From: Squalus acanthias
Taxonomy: Eukaryota
Assembly: GCA_030390025.1 (NCBI GenBank)
Contig: CM059431.1
Coordinates: 142,726,001 to 142,790,000, forward strand
Reading direction: 5' to 3'
DNA: 64,000 bases
Of the stretch, positions 47,864 to 60,134 are shown in pieces; position 1 is the stretch's first letter, and the number at the start of each line of letters is the position of its first letter. The translations under genes were made by a program, and so were the position numbers. The notes below the pieces were generated by a model, which saw only the letters and a program-made list of their open reading frames with translations, searched no databases and had not been told where the DNA came from.

Positions 47864-50800
47864 ATGGAAAACATCCATAAACCATCGCGTCTTGACTTGG
47901 ACCCAAACACCCCAGCAGCCGGTAAGGTGTGGAAACACTGGTATCGCACGTTTGACAATTTTCTCGAATATTGCAAGGCTGATGATGACTCAAAATTGCG
48001 GATACTCATTAACTGTGTCACCCCGAATGTATTTCAGTATGTCGAGGAATGGGGCAGTTACGAGGAGGCAATTCGGACGCTTAAAAGACTATATACTAAG
48101 ACACCGAATGAGGTCTATGCCAGACATCTACTAGCTAAAGCCCAACAAGGGCCGGAGGAATCCATTGATAAATTCCTCCAAGAGCTTCGCAGACTTAGTA
48201 TGGACTGTAACTTTCAGGCGGCCTCAGCTGAGCTGTACCGTGAAGAAATGATCCGTGATGCTTTCATCTGCGGGCTTGCCTCCCCATTTATACGCCAGCG
48301 TCTACTGGAAAGTAAGACACTTGAGCTTCAGACAGCTTATGACATGGCTTGCTCTCTAGATCTGGCAAAAAGAAATGCAGACCTTTATACAGTGCCCAGA
48401 CCTCGGTCTGCTGCCTTAACTACAGTCAGGCAATTTAAGAGGCCACAGGTGAACTCTATTAGGGAGGACTTTATCCCTGACGATCAATCTGATGACTTCA
48501 CTGATGAAGAGGATGATGACCCCACTGTGGCAGCCTCTTGGCAATCTAAGAAATGCTTCTTTTGTGGTGATGAGTTTCACCCTCGGAAATTCTGCCCTGC
48601 TCGCAATGCGTTTTGCAGTCATTGCAACAAAAAGGATCATTTTGCAAAGGTTTGCCTATCAAGAGCCTCTACGAGGGCTTATCAAGCTAAGTCCTACCGA
48701 ACTGCCCCGGTAAGGGCCTATCAAGATGTTCCGGCTAAAATCTATCGTGCTTCCTCTCGGGTTTTCTCTCGAAGAAACACACCTAGAGTTTCAGCCACTC
48801 TTTGTGCAACGACACCAATTACAGCTGCTTGTCCTCAGAACCTATTCCATGCAGCTACAAAAGCAACAATTAATGGACATACTTTAGATGCCTTAATTGA
48901 CTCAGGTAGCACTGATAGTTTCATTAGGGAACAGATTGTTGCAGAGTTAAAGCTACATGTTTTCCCATTGGACCAGGCAATTGCGATGGCTCAGTCATCA
49001 CTTAATACCAGAATTTCTGGCTTTTGTATGGTTGAAATAACACTTAATGGTGACAGGTATCCCTCCACCCGGCTTTCGGTGCTCAAGGACTTATGTAGTG
49101 ATCTTATCTTAGGGCTAGATTTTCAAAAGCAGCATAAGAAGCTCACCATTGAGTTTGGCGGATCCAAACCTGAACTCACTATTTCTAATATACGACCTCG
49201 ATTACCGTTCTGTGCATTGTCAGCAGCTTCACTGGATGAACCCTCACTGTTTACCAGTATCCCTCCTCGATGCAAACCGATTATAACAAAGTCACGACGT
49301 TTCAGTCAGGAAGACCAGTCTTTTATTGCGGCTGAGATTTCTCGGCTTTTAGCAGAGGATATCATCGAGCCTTGTTCGTCGCCATGGCGCGCCCAGGTCG
49401 TTATTGTTAAGAACCCTCTACAACCTCACAAGAAACGGCTGTGCATTGACTATTCACAGACCATCAATCAATATACGGACTTGGACGCATACCCATTGCC
49501 GCGCATCGATGATATGGTTAATAAACTGGCTGAGTACACGGTGTTCTCAACATATGATCTGAAAAGTGCCCATCATCAGGTACCCTTGAAGGTCTCAGAC
49601 AAGCAGTATACGGCCTTTGAAGCCAATGGACGGCTGTATCAATTTCGTCGCCTCCCCTTTGGGGTCACTAATGGAGTGGCTGTCTTCCAGCGAGCAATGG
49701 ATGACCTGGTCAAACAGGAAGACTTAAAGGATACGTTTCCTTATCTGGACAATATTACTGTCGCAGGTCGCAATCAGCGGGAACATGACGCCAATCTCCA
49801 ACGATTTTGGGATGCACTCCAGCACCGTAATTTGACATTAAATGCGGCTAAATCCATTGAGTCACAACCAACCATCAACATCCTTGGCTATTGTGTGGGC
49901 AATGGCATCATTAAACCTGACCCTGAAAGGCTTCGCCCACTCCAAGAACTCCCGCCACCTAAGAATCCGGCCTCCTTGCGCCGGGCCCTCTGCCTGTTTG
50001 CATAGTATGCTAAATGGATTCCTAACTTCTCGGACCGAATCCAACCTCTACTGAAGGCCAGCACATTCCCACTAGACACAGCGGCTGTTGCAGCCTTTAA
50101 CCTCCTGAAAAAACAGTTGGAGAAAGCGGCTCTTCACTCCATCGATGAGAGTCTTCCTTTTGTTGTTGAGTGTGATGCCTCGGAGGTGGCGATTTCGGCC
50201 ACTCTGAATCAGGAAGGTCGTTCGGTGGCATTTTTGTCCAGGACTTTTCAAGGGGCTGAGCTACATTATCCTCCAGTCGAGAAAGAAGCTACAGCCATCA
50301 TAGAGGCAGTACGGAAGTGGACTCATCTCCTAGCTCGCCAGCACTTTACCTTAATCACGGACCAGCGATCGGTCGCCTTCATGCTCGATAATCGAAAACG
50401 GACCAAAATTAAAAATAATAAAATCCAGCTTTGGCGGCTGGAATTGGCCTCTTTTGGTTACACCATCCACTATCGACCTGGCAAGGAGAATGTGGCTCCC
50501 GATACCCTCACACGAGCATTCTGCTCCGCCATGGCACCCTCTACGCTCGTAGACATCCATGATGGGTTGTGTCATCCGGGCGTTACTCGCATGCTACACT
50601 TCGTGCGGTCCCGAAATCTCCCATTCTCTACCGGGGATGTAAAGAAGATGTGCTCGGACTGCAGAGTCTGTGCGGAATTGAAACCTCAGTTTTTCCGCCC
50701 CTCGGGTGGTATACTCATACATGCGACCCAGCCAATGCAACGGCTTAGCATCGATTTTAAGGGGCCGTTGCCCTCTTCAACTCGCAACACTTATCGATTG

Positions 50801-51270
50801 ACCATGGTCGATGAGTATTCCCGTTTTCCGTTTGCCTTTCCCTGACCCAATATGCTGACGACCACGGTTATCAGCTGCCTTGAGCAGGTATTTGCTTTCT
50901 GTGGCATGGCATCCTATGTTCATTCGGATCGGGGCCCTTCTTTTATGTCAGGAGAACTCAAGGCCTATCTCTCGGAACGGGGTATTGCTGCCAGCAGAAC
51001 GACGCCTTATCATCCGGTCTGAATGGGCAAGTCGAGCGTTTTAACGCTATCATCTGGAATGCGGTACGTCTGGCTTTGAGATCTCGGGGCCGACCCAACC
51101 AGCAATGGAAAGCAGTACTTCCAGACGCATTACACTCCACACGGTCCCTCCTTTCGACCGCCACAAATACGATGCCTCATGAACGATTCTTCCGATTTCA
51201 GCGTCGCTCATCCTATGGGCTATCTCTCCCGTCGTGGCTGACTGCACCGGAACCAGTGCTACTCCGAAGA
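47864..51270 (+). pseudogene. Gypsy gag-pol polyprotein, disrupted by stops (TAG 50003-50005, TGA 50843-50845) and integrase deletions
   Basis: Knuckles CFFCGDEFHPRKFC and CSHCNKKDHFAKVC; protease LIDSGS; RT PFGVTN and YLDNI; RNase H VECDAS and TDQRS; integrase H..H..C..C, IDFKGP and VHSDRG. Confidence 0.93.
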
Positions 51271-51842
51271 TGAGGTTGAGCTCACTGATGTCAACCCTAC
51301 CTACGCCTATATTCGGTATCCTGACGGTCGGAAATCTACCGTGTCATTGCGGGATCTGGCTCCCTGCCCGCCGAAACATAGAGGGACACCAGGGGATGAT
51401 ATTGTACCAGGCACATCTCTGAGCTCGCCAGGTGCTTCTCATCACGATCTGGATCTGACGCCGGCTGGTACCTCACTCCAGCGTGCCGACCTGGGGCAGA
51501 CTGACTATGAGCCCGTCGGGGCTCGCACGCGCAGCCACGATCCACCCCGTACCATACGCTCGGAAACATATCTTCCACAGCCCTGCCCGACACCCGTTCG
51601 GGCACCAGTACACAGTCAGGATCGTCCTGACCCCTCACAGAGCGGGCTGGATCACTCGGACTCTGGTCCACGGCCCGCGGCAGGTAAACGGGCTAGGGGC
51701 CCTCTACCGCTACGAGAACCCAAACGGGTGCGGCTCTCCCTCGTCCAGCGGCTACGAAATGGAGGGAGAATGTGGTAACACAATACAGCTTCCTGTGACT
51801 CGAACTTCATCCCGGCCTCCTAATCTTTTGGGGGGGGGAGAA

Positions 51843-52036
51843 TGTGGTAACACAATACAGCTTGCTGTGACTTGAACTTTATTACATCACTTCCTGTGAT
51901 TAGTCCAGGATAAATACTGGGCTGATCAGTTGGATCCTGGAGAGGCATAGAGTAAGACCTCTTTTGTATGCAGCACCTTTTTAGTTGATTAAAGCTTACT
52001 TTAAGTTCACCACGCGTAAGGCTCATTCTTACGACA
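51843..52036 (+). repeat. 3' LTR
   Basis: Preceded by GGGGGGGGAGAA PPT and followed by TSD GTATG. Confidence 0.95.
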
Positions 52037-54527
52037 GTATGTAACTGATCCTACAAGGGGGCAAGCAATCTTGGACCTGGTCCTGTGTAATGAGTCAGGA
52101 TTAATTAATAATGTCCTAGTTAAGGATCCCCTTGGAATGAGTGACAATAACATGGTTAAATTCCATATCCAATTAGAGGGTGAGAAGGTTGGTTCTCAAA
52201 CAAGCGTACTGAGCTTGAATAAAGGAGACTATGATGATATGAGAGCGGAATTGATTAAAGTGGACTGGGAAAATAGATTAAAGGGTAAGACGGTACATGA
52301 GCAGTGGTGTTCATTTAAGGAGTTATTTTACAACTTTCAAAAAATATATATTCCACTGAAGAAAAAAGGGTGTAAAAGAAATGACAGCCATTCGTGGCTA
52401 AGTAAAGAAATTAAGGATAGTATCCAACTAAAAACAAGGACATATAAGGTAGCCAAACTTAGCGGGAGAATAGAAGATTGGAAAGTCTTCAAAAGACAGC
52501 AAAAAGTAACTAAAGGATTGATTAAGAAAGGGAAGATAGATTATGAAAATAAATTAGCAAAAAATATAAAAACAGATAGCAAGAGTTTCTATAGTTATAT
52601 AAAAAGAAAAAGGGTGGCTAAGGCAAACGTCGGTCCCTTAGAGGATGAGACCGGGAAATTAATGGTGGGAAACATGGAGATGGCAAAAATGCTGAACAAA
52701 TATTTTGTTTCAGTCTTTACGGTAGAGGACACTAAGAATATCCCAACACTGGACAAACAGGGGGCTCTAGGGGGGGGGAAGGAGCTAAATACGATTAAAA
52801 TCACTAAGGAATTGGTACTCAGTAAAATAATGGGACTCAAGGCGGATAAATCCCCTGGACCTGATGGCTTACATCCTAGGGTCTTGAGGGAAGTGGCTGT
52901 AGGGATTGTGGATGCTTTGGTAATAATTTTCAAAAATTCCCTGGACTCAGCAAAGGTCCCAGCAGATTGGAAAACTGCTAATGTAACACCCTTATTTAAA
53001 AAGGGTAGTAGGCAGAAGGCTGGAAATTATAGACCAGTTAGCTTAACATCTGTGGTGGGTAAAATTTGGGAGTCTATTATTAAGGAGACAGTAATGGAAC
53101 ATTTAGATAAAATTTAATAGGACAATGTCAGCATGGCTTTATGAAGGGGAAGTCATGTCTGACAAATTTGCTAGAGTACTTTGAGGACATAACGTACAGG
53201 GTGGATAAAGGGGAACCAGTGGACATAGTGTATTTAGACTTCCAGAAGGCATTCGACAAGGTGCCACATAAAAGATTATTGCTCAAGATAAAAAAAATCA
53301 CTGGATTGGGGGTAATATTCTGGCATGGGTGGAGGATTGGTTATCTAACAGGAAGCAGAGAGTTGGGATAAATGGTTCATTCTCGGACTGGCAACCAGTA
53401 GCCAGTGGTGTTCCGCAGGGGTCGCTGCTGGGTCCCCAACTCTTTACAATCTATATTAACGATTTGGAGGAGGGGACCGAGTGTAACATATCAAAGTTTG
53501 CAGATGATACAAAGATGGGAGGGAAAGTAGAAAGTGAGGAGGACATAAAAAACCTACAAGGGGATATAGACAGGCTGAGTGAGTGGGTGAAGATTTGGCA
53601 GATGCAATACAATATTGGAAAATGTGAGGTTATGCACTTTGGCAGGAAAAATCAGAGAGCAAGTTATTATCTTAATGGCGAGAAACTGGAAAGTACTGCG
53701 GTACAAAGGGATCTGGTGGTCCTAGTGCAAGAAAATCTAAAAGTTAGTGTGCAGGTGCAGCAGGTGATCAAGAAGGCCAACGGAATGTTGGCTTTTATTG
53801 CTAGGGCGATAGATTATAAAAACAGGGAGGTATTGCTGCACTTATATAAGGTATTGGTGAGACCGCACCTGGAATACTGCATCCAGTTTTGGTGTCCATA
53901 CTTAAGAAAAGATATGCTTGCTCTCGAGGCAGTACAAAGAAGGTTCACTCGGTTAATCCCGGGGATGAGGGGGTGGACATATGAGGAGAGGTTGAGTAGA
54001 TTGGGACTCTACTCATTGGAGTTCAGAAGAATGAGAGGCGATCTTATTGAAACATATAATATTGTGAAGGGGCTTGATCGGGTGGATGCGGTAAGGATGT
54101 TCCCGAGGATGGGTGAAACTAGAACTAGGGGGCATAATCTTCGAATAAGGGGCTGCTCTTTCAAAACTGAGATGAGGAGAATCTTCTTCACTCAGAGGGT
54201 AGTAGCTCTGTGGAATTTGCTGCCCCAGGAAGCTGTGGAAGCTACATCATTAAATAAATTTAAAACAGAAATAGACAGTTTCCTAGAAGTAAAGGGTATT
54301 AGGGGTTACGGGGACGGGAAGGAAATTGGACATGAGGCTGAGTTCGGATCGGTCAAGTCCCTGTGGGTGGCAGAGCGGGCCCAGGGGCTGAGTGGCCGGG
54401 TCCTGCTCTTACTTCTTGTGTTCTTTCGATTTGAGGTTAGGATCAGATCAGCCATGATCTTATTGCAGGCTCGAGGGGCCAATTGGCCTACTCCTGCTCC
54501 TATTTCTTATGTTGTTATGTTCTTATG

Positions 54528-55733
54528 TAGGAAGGTATTGCAGGAGTCCCCTGGGTCCATCTCCCTCTCCAACAGATTTTCCGTTTTGGATACTGCTGGG
54601 GAGATGGTTTCTCAGGGGAATGCAGCAAGAGCCAAGTCCGTGGCACTACGAGTGGCTCAGCTGCACAGGAGGGGAGGAAAAAGAGTGGGAGAGCAATAGT
54701 GATAGGGGATTCTATCGTAAGGGGAACAGATAGACGTTTCTGTGGCCGCAGACGTGACTCCAGGATGGTATGTTGCCTCCCTGGTGCCAGGGTCAAGGAT
54801 GTCACTGAGCGGCTACAGGACATTCTGAAGGGGAGGGTGAACAGCCAAAGGTCGTGGTCCATATCGGTACCAACGACATAGGTAGAAAGAGAGACGAGGT
54901 CCTGCAAGCAGTATATAGGGAGCTAGGAAATAAATTAAAAAGCAGGACTCAAAGGTAGTAATCACAGGATTACTCTCAGTGCCACGTGCTAGCGAGAGCA
55001 GAAACAGGAGAATAGACCAGATGAATGCGTGGCTGGAGAGATGGTGTAGAAGGGAGGGATTTAACTTCCTGATGCATTGGGACAGATTCTGGGGAAGGTG
55101 GGACCTGTACAAGCTGGACGGATTACACCTCGGCAGAACCAGGACCAATATCCTCGCAGGGTGTTTGCTGGTGCTGTTGGGAAGTTTTTAAACTAGTTTG
55201 TCAGGTGGCTGGGAACCTAAGTGTGGGCCCAGAACGGAGAGAAACAAAGCTGGAAGTGCAAGTTAGAAAAGTAGTCAGCAAAACTAGTAGGGAGCAGAAA
55301 CAAAGGCCAACAGTAAAGGGGGTCAAAGTGCAGAAAAATATTAAACAAGCAACGTTGAAGGCACTTTATCTAAATGCATGTAGCATTCGCAACAAGGTGG
55401 ATGAATTAATGGAACTAATGGTAGTAAATGGGTATGATGTAATTGCCATTACAGAGACATGGTTGCAGGGTAACCAAAGCTGGGAACTGAATGTTCCAGG
55501 GTACTCAACATTTAGGAAGGACAGACAAAAAGGAAAAGGAGGTGGCAAAACACTGTTAATAAGGGATGAGATCGGTACGGTAGAGATAAAAGATCTTGGC
55601 TCGGCAGACCGTGATGTAGAACTGGAATCAGTTTGGGTGGAGCTAAGAAAGAGCAAAGGGTGGAAAACATTGGTGGGAGCTGTGTATAGGCCACCAAACA
55701 GTAGTGGTAATGTAGGGCACAGTATCAATCAAG
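54528..55733 (+). mobile_element. CR1 copy A, right part (ORF1 esterase + start of ORF2 endonuclease)
   Basis: RKVLQESPGSISLSNRF, VIGDSIVRG, DGLHL, then KALYLNACSIRNK...VYRPPNS. Truncated where CR1 copy C begins. Confidence 0.9.
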
Positions 55734-58700
55734 AGGCCAAACCTCGGGAGATTTCTAAGGTGAGCGAGAGCGGCTGGAGGGCGCCAAACCTCGGGAGATT
55801 TCAAAGGTGAGCGAGTGCGGCTGGAGGGCGCCAAACCTCGGGAGATTTCAAAGGTGAGCCGGGGCTACAACGGACCGGTGAATGTAAAGAAGTAAAAAGT
55901 AATCGAAGTGTGACATCATCAGAAAGCAGGTAAGTGACTGGCTGGTGAGTATTTCTCGCTTTCTCGCTTTTTTCCTAACAATTTTTGTGGTTTATAGTTT
56001 CTAAGTTCTCTGTTGTGTGGCAGGGAGTGCTAATAAACAAGGGCCCTTAAGTATATCATTTAATTGTAGTGTAATTGGTGGTAGTGATTTGGTTTAATTT
56101 AATTTGAATTAAAGGGTAAGTCATGGCAGCACAGCTCGGCCCCGTGGCATGCACCTCCTGCACTATGTGGGAAATCAGGGACACTTCCTGTGTCCCCGAC
56201 GACCATGTGTGCGGGAAGTGTATCCAGCTGCAGCTACTGGCAGACCGCATTGTGGCGCGGGAGCTGCGAATGGATACATACTGGAGCATTCGCGATGCTG
56301 AGGACATTGTGGATAGCATGTTTAGGGAGTTGGTCACACCGCAGGTAAAGGCTGCACAGGCAGGAAGGGAATGGGTTACCGCCAGGCAGAGTAGTAGGCA
56401 CAGGCAGGTAGTGCAGGGATCCCCTGTGGCCATCCCCCTCTCAAACAGATATACCGCTTTGGATATTGTTGGGGGAGATGGCTTATTGGGGGAAGGCAGC
56501 AGTAGCCAACTTCCTGGCACCATGGGTGGTTCTGCTGCACAGGACGGGAGGAAAAAGAGCGGGAGAGCTATAGTGATAGGGGATTCTATTGTAAGGGGAA
56601 CAGATAGGCGTTTCTGCGGCCGCAAACGAGACTCCAGGATGGTATGTTGCTTCCCTGGTGCAAGGGTCAAGGATGTCTCGGAACGGCTTTCTGGAGGGGG
56701 AGGGTGAACAGCCAGCTGTCGTGGTGCATATAGGTATCAACGATACAGGTAAAGAACGGGATGAGGTCCTAAAGCTGAATATAGGGTGTTCGGAGGTAAA
56801 TTAAAAATAGGACCTCATAGGTAGTCATCTCAGGATTGCTACCAGTGCCACGTGCTAGTCAGAGTAGAAATAGAAGGATATTTCCGATCAATACGTGGCT
56901 AGAGGAATGGTGCAAGGGGGAGGGATTCAAATTCCTGGGACATTGGAACCGGTTCTGGGGGAGGTGGGACCAGTACAAACTGGACGGCTTGCACCTGGGC
57001 AGGGCCGGGACCTATGTCCTAGGGGGAGTGTTTGCGAGTGCTGTTGGGGAGGGTTTAAACTAAAATGACATGGGGGTTGGAAACCTGTGCAGGCAGACAG
57101 AGGGAAGGGAAGCAAGGATAGAAGCAAAAGACAGGAAGGATCAAATCAATAGTGGAAGGCAGAGAAATCAAGGGTGTAAATGAAACAGGGCCACAGTAAA
57201 TAATAATTCTAAAAGGACGAACAGTGCTAAAAAAACAAGCTTGAAGGCTTTGTGTCTTAATGCGAGGAGCATTCGTAATAAGGTGGATGAATTAGCTACA
57301 CAAATAGATGTAAACGGATGATATAATTGGGATTACGGAGACATGGCTCCAGGGTGGCCAAAGCTGGGAATTCAACATCCAGGGGTATTCAATATTCAGG
57401 AAGCACAGGCAAAAAGGAAAAGGAGGAGGGGTAGCATTGCTGGTTAAAGAGGAGATTTACACAATAGTAAGGAAGGATATTAGCTCTGATGATGTGGAAT
57501 CTGTATGGGTAGAGCTGAGGAATACCAAGGGGCAGAAAACTTTAGTGGGAGTTGTATACAGACCCCCAAACAGTAATGCTGAGGTTGGGGAAGGCATTTA
57601 ACGGGAAATTAGAGACGCGTGCAATAAGGGCACAGCAGTTATCATGGTTGACTTTAATCTACATATAGATTGTGCTAACCAAATTAGTAACAATACTGTG
57701 GAAGAGGAATTCCTAGACTGTATACGGGATGGTTTCCTGGACCAATATGTCGAGGAACCAACCAGAGATCAGGCCATCTTAGACTGGGTATTATGTAATG
57801 AGAAAGGATTGATTAGCAATCTTGTTGTGCGAGGCCCCTTGGGGAGGAGCGATCATAATATGATCGAATTCTTCATTAAGATGGAGAGTGAAGTAGTTGA
57901 CTCAGAGACTAGGGTCCTGAATTTAAGTAAAGGAAACTGCGATGGTATGATGCACAAGTTGGCTAGGATGGATTGGGGAACATAGCTTAAAGGGTTGACG
58001 GTGGATAGGCAATGGCAAACATTTAAAGATCGCATGGATGAACTACAGAATTTGTTCATCCCTGTCTGGCATAAAAATAAAACAAAAAAGGTGGCGCAAC
58101 CGTGGCTAACAAGGGAAATTAGGGATAGCATAAGATCCAAGGAGAGGACATATAAATTGGCCAGAAAAAGCAGAAAACTTGAGGATTGGAAGCAGTTTAG
58201 CATTCAGCAAAGGAGGACAAATGGATTAATTAAGAGGGGGAAAATAGAGTATGAGAGTAAGCTTTCATGGAACATAAAACCTGACTGTAAAAGCTTCTAT
58301 AGATATGTGAAGAGAAAAAGATTGGTGAAGTCAAGCGTAGGTCCCTTGCAGTCAGAATCAGGGGAATTTATAATGGGGAACAAAGAAATAGCTGACCAAT
58401 TAAATACATACTTTGGTTCTGTCTTCACAAAGGAGGACACAAATAACCTCCCAGAGATGTCGGGGAACATCGGGTCTAATGAGAGCGAGGAACTGAATGA
58501 AATCACTATTTGCAGGGAACTGGTGTTAGGGAAATTGACGGGATTGAAGGCCGATAAATCCCCAGGGCCTGATAATCTACATTGTAGGGTACTTAAGGAA
58601 GTGGCCCTAGAAATAGTAGAGGCATTGCTGATCATCTTCCAAAATTCTATAGACCCTGGCACAGTTCCCATGGATTGGAGGGTAGCTAATGTAACCCGAC

Positions 58701-60134
58701 TATTTAAAAAAGGTGGTAGAGAGAAAACGGGGAATTATAGACCAGTAAGCCTGACATCGGTAGTGGGGAAAATGCTAGAGTCAATTATAAAAGATGGAAT
58801 AGCAGAGCACTGGGAAAAAAGTGGCAGGATCGGACAAAGTCAACATGGATTTACAAAAGGTAAATCATGCTTGACTAAGCTACTGGAATTTTTTGAGGAT
58901 GTAACTGGTAGAATAGATAAGGGAGAACCAGTGGATGTGGTGTATTTGGACTTTCAGAAGGCTTTCGATAAGGTCCCGCATAAGAGATTAGTGCAAAGTT
59001 AAAGCACATGGGATTGGGGGAAAGGTACTGACTTGAATGGAGAACGGATTGGCAGACAGGAAGCAAAGAGTTGGAAAAAAGACCCGTTTATTCCGAGTGG
59101 CAAGCAGTGACTAGTGGGGTACCGCAGGGATCGGTGCTAGGACGCCAGCTATTCACAATATATATTAATGATCTAGACGAGGGAACTAGATGTAATATCT
59201 CCAAGTTTGCAGACGACACAAAGCTGGGTGGGCGTGTGTGCTGTGAGGAGGATGCAGAGAAACTCCAGTATGAGTTGGACAGGTTGGGTGATTGGGCAGA
59301 TGCATGGCAGAGGCAGTATAATGTGGATAAATGCGAGGTTATCCACTTTGGTGGCAAAAACAGGAAGGCAGATTATCTGAACGGCAATAGATTGGGAGAA
59401 GGGGAAGTGCAACGAGACCTGGGTGTCCTTGTGCACCAGTCGCTGATGGTAAGCATGCAGGTGCAGCAGGCGGTTAAGAAGGCAAATGCTATGTTGGCCT
59501 CCATAGCGAGAGGATTCGAGTACAGGAGCAAGGATGTCTTGCTGCAGTTGTACAAGGCATTGGTGAGACCACACCTTGAGTAGTGTGCGCAGTTTTGGTC
59601 GCCTTATCTGAGGAAGGATGTTCTTGCCATGGAGGGAGTGCTGCGAAGATTCACCAGACTGATATCCGGGATGGCAGGAATGACGTATGAGGAGAGATTG
59701 GGTCGATTGGGCTTATATTCGCTGGAGTTTAGAAGAATGAGAGGGGATCTCATTGAAACTTATAAAATTCTAACAGGACTAGACTGACTAGATGCATGAA
59801 GGATGTTCCCAATGGCGGGGGAGTCCAGAACCAGGGGTCACAGTCCAAGGATAAGGGGTAAGCCATTTAGGACTGAGATGAGGAGGAATTTCTTCACCCA
59901 GAGAGTGGTGAACCTGTGGAATTCTCTACCACAGAAGGCAGTTGAGGCCAATTCATTAAATATATTCAAGAAGGAGTTGGATATATTTTTTAAGGCTAAA
60001 GGGATCAAGGGATATGGGGAGAAAGCAGGGACAGGGTATTGAATTTCGATGATCAGCCATGATCTCATCAAATGGCGGAGCAGGCTCGAGGGGCCGAATG
60101 GCCTACTCCTGCTCCTATCTTCTATGTTTCTATG
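55734..60134 (+). mobile_element. Full-length CR1 LINE (copy C): 5' UTR, ORF1, ORF2, tail; both ORFs disrupted
   Basis: 5' UTR with three tandem CCAAACCTCGGGAGATTTC-AAGGTGAGC units; ORF1 from 56123; ORF2 fragments to 60042; (CTATGTTT)n tail. Confidence 0.95.
56123..57063 (+). pseudogene. CR1 ORF1: CxxC-CxxC zinc finger/leucine zipper + SGNH (GDSL-like) esterase, frameshifted
   Basis: CTSC...CGKC, PLSNRY, IVIGDS, VHIGIND, DGLHL; ends GEGLN*. Confidence 0.9.

Larger units (their letters stand above)
47592..52036 (+). mobile_element. Ty3/Gypsy LTR retrotransposon (Mag-like by two Gag knuckles and 5-bp TSD), two LTRs, defective
   Basis: 194-bp LTRs TG...CA at 47592-47785 and 51843-52036; TSD GTATG; polypurine tract before the 3' LTR; gag-PR-RT-RH-IN order. 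Confidence 0.96.
46953..54527 (+). mobile_element. CR1 copy B (ORF2), inserted in CR1 A and itself interrupted by the Gypsy provirus
   Basis: APE region 47090-47591 resumes at 52037-52042 (EQYV|TDPTR). RT motifs run to ~54330, then a (TTCTTATG)n tail. TAGGAA is present at both junctions. Confidence 0.92.

Noticed and set aside
50003..50005. Programmed read-through at TAG in Gypsy pol
   Set aside because: It sits at a Tyr position after RT, and further stops and deletions follow, so it is simple decay.
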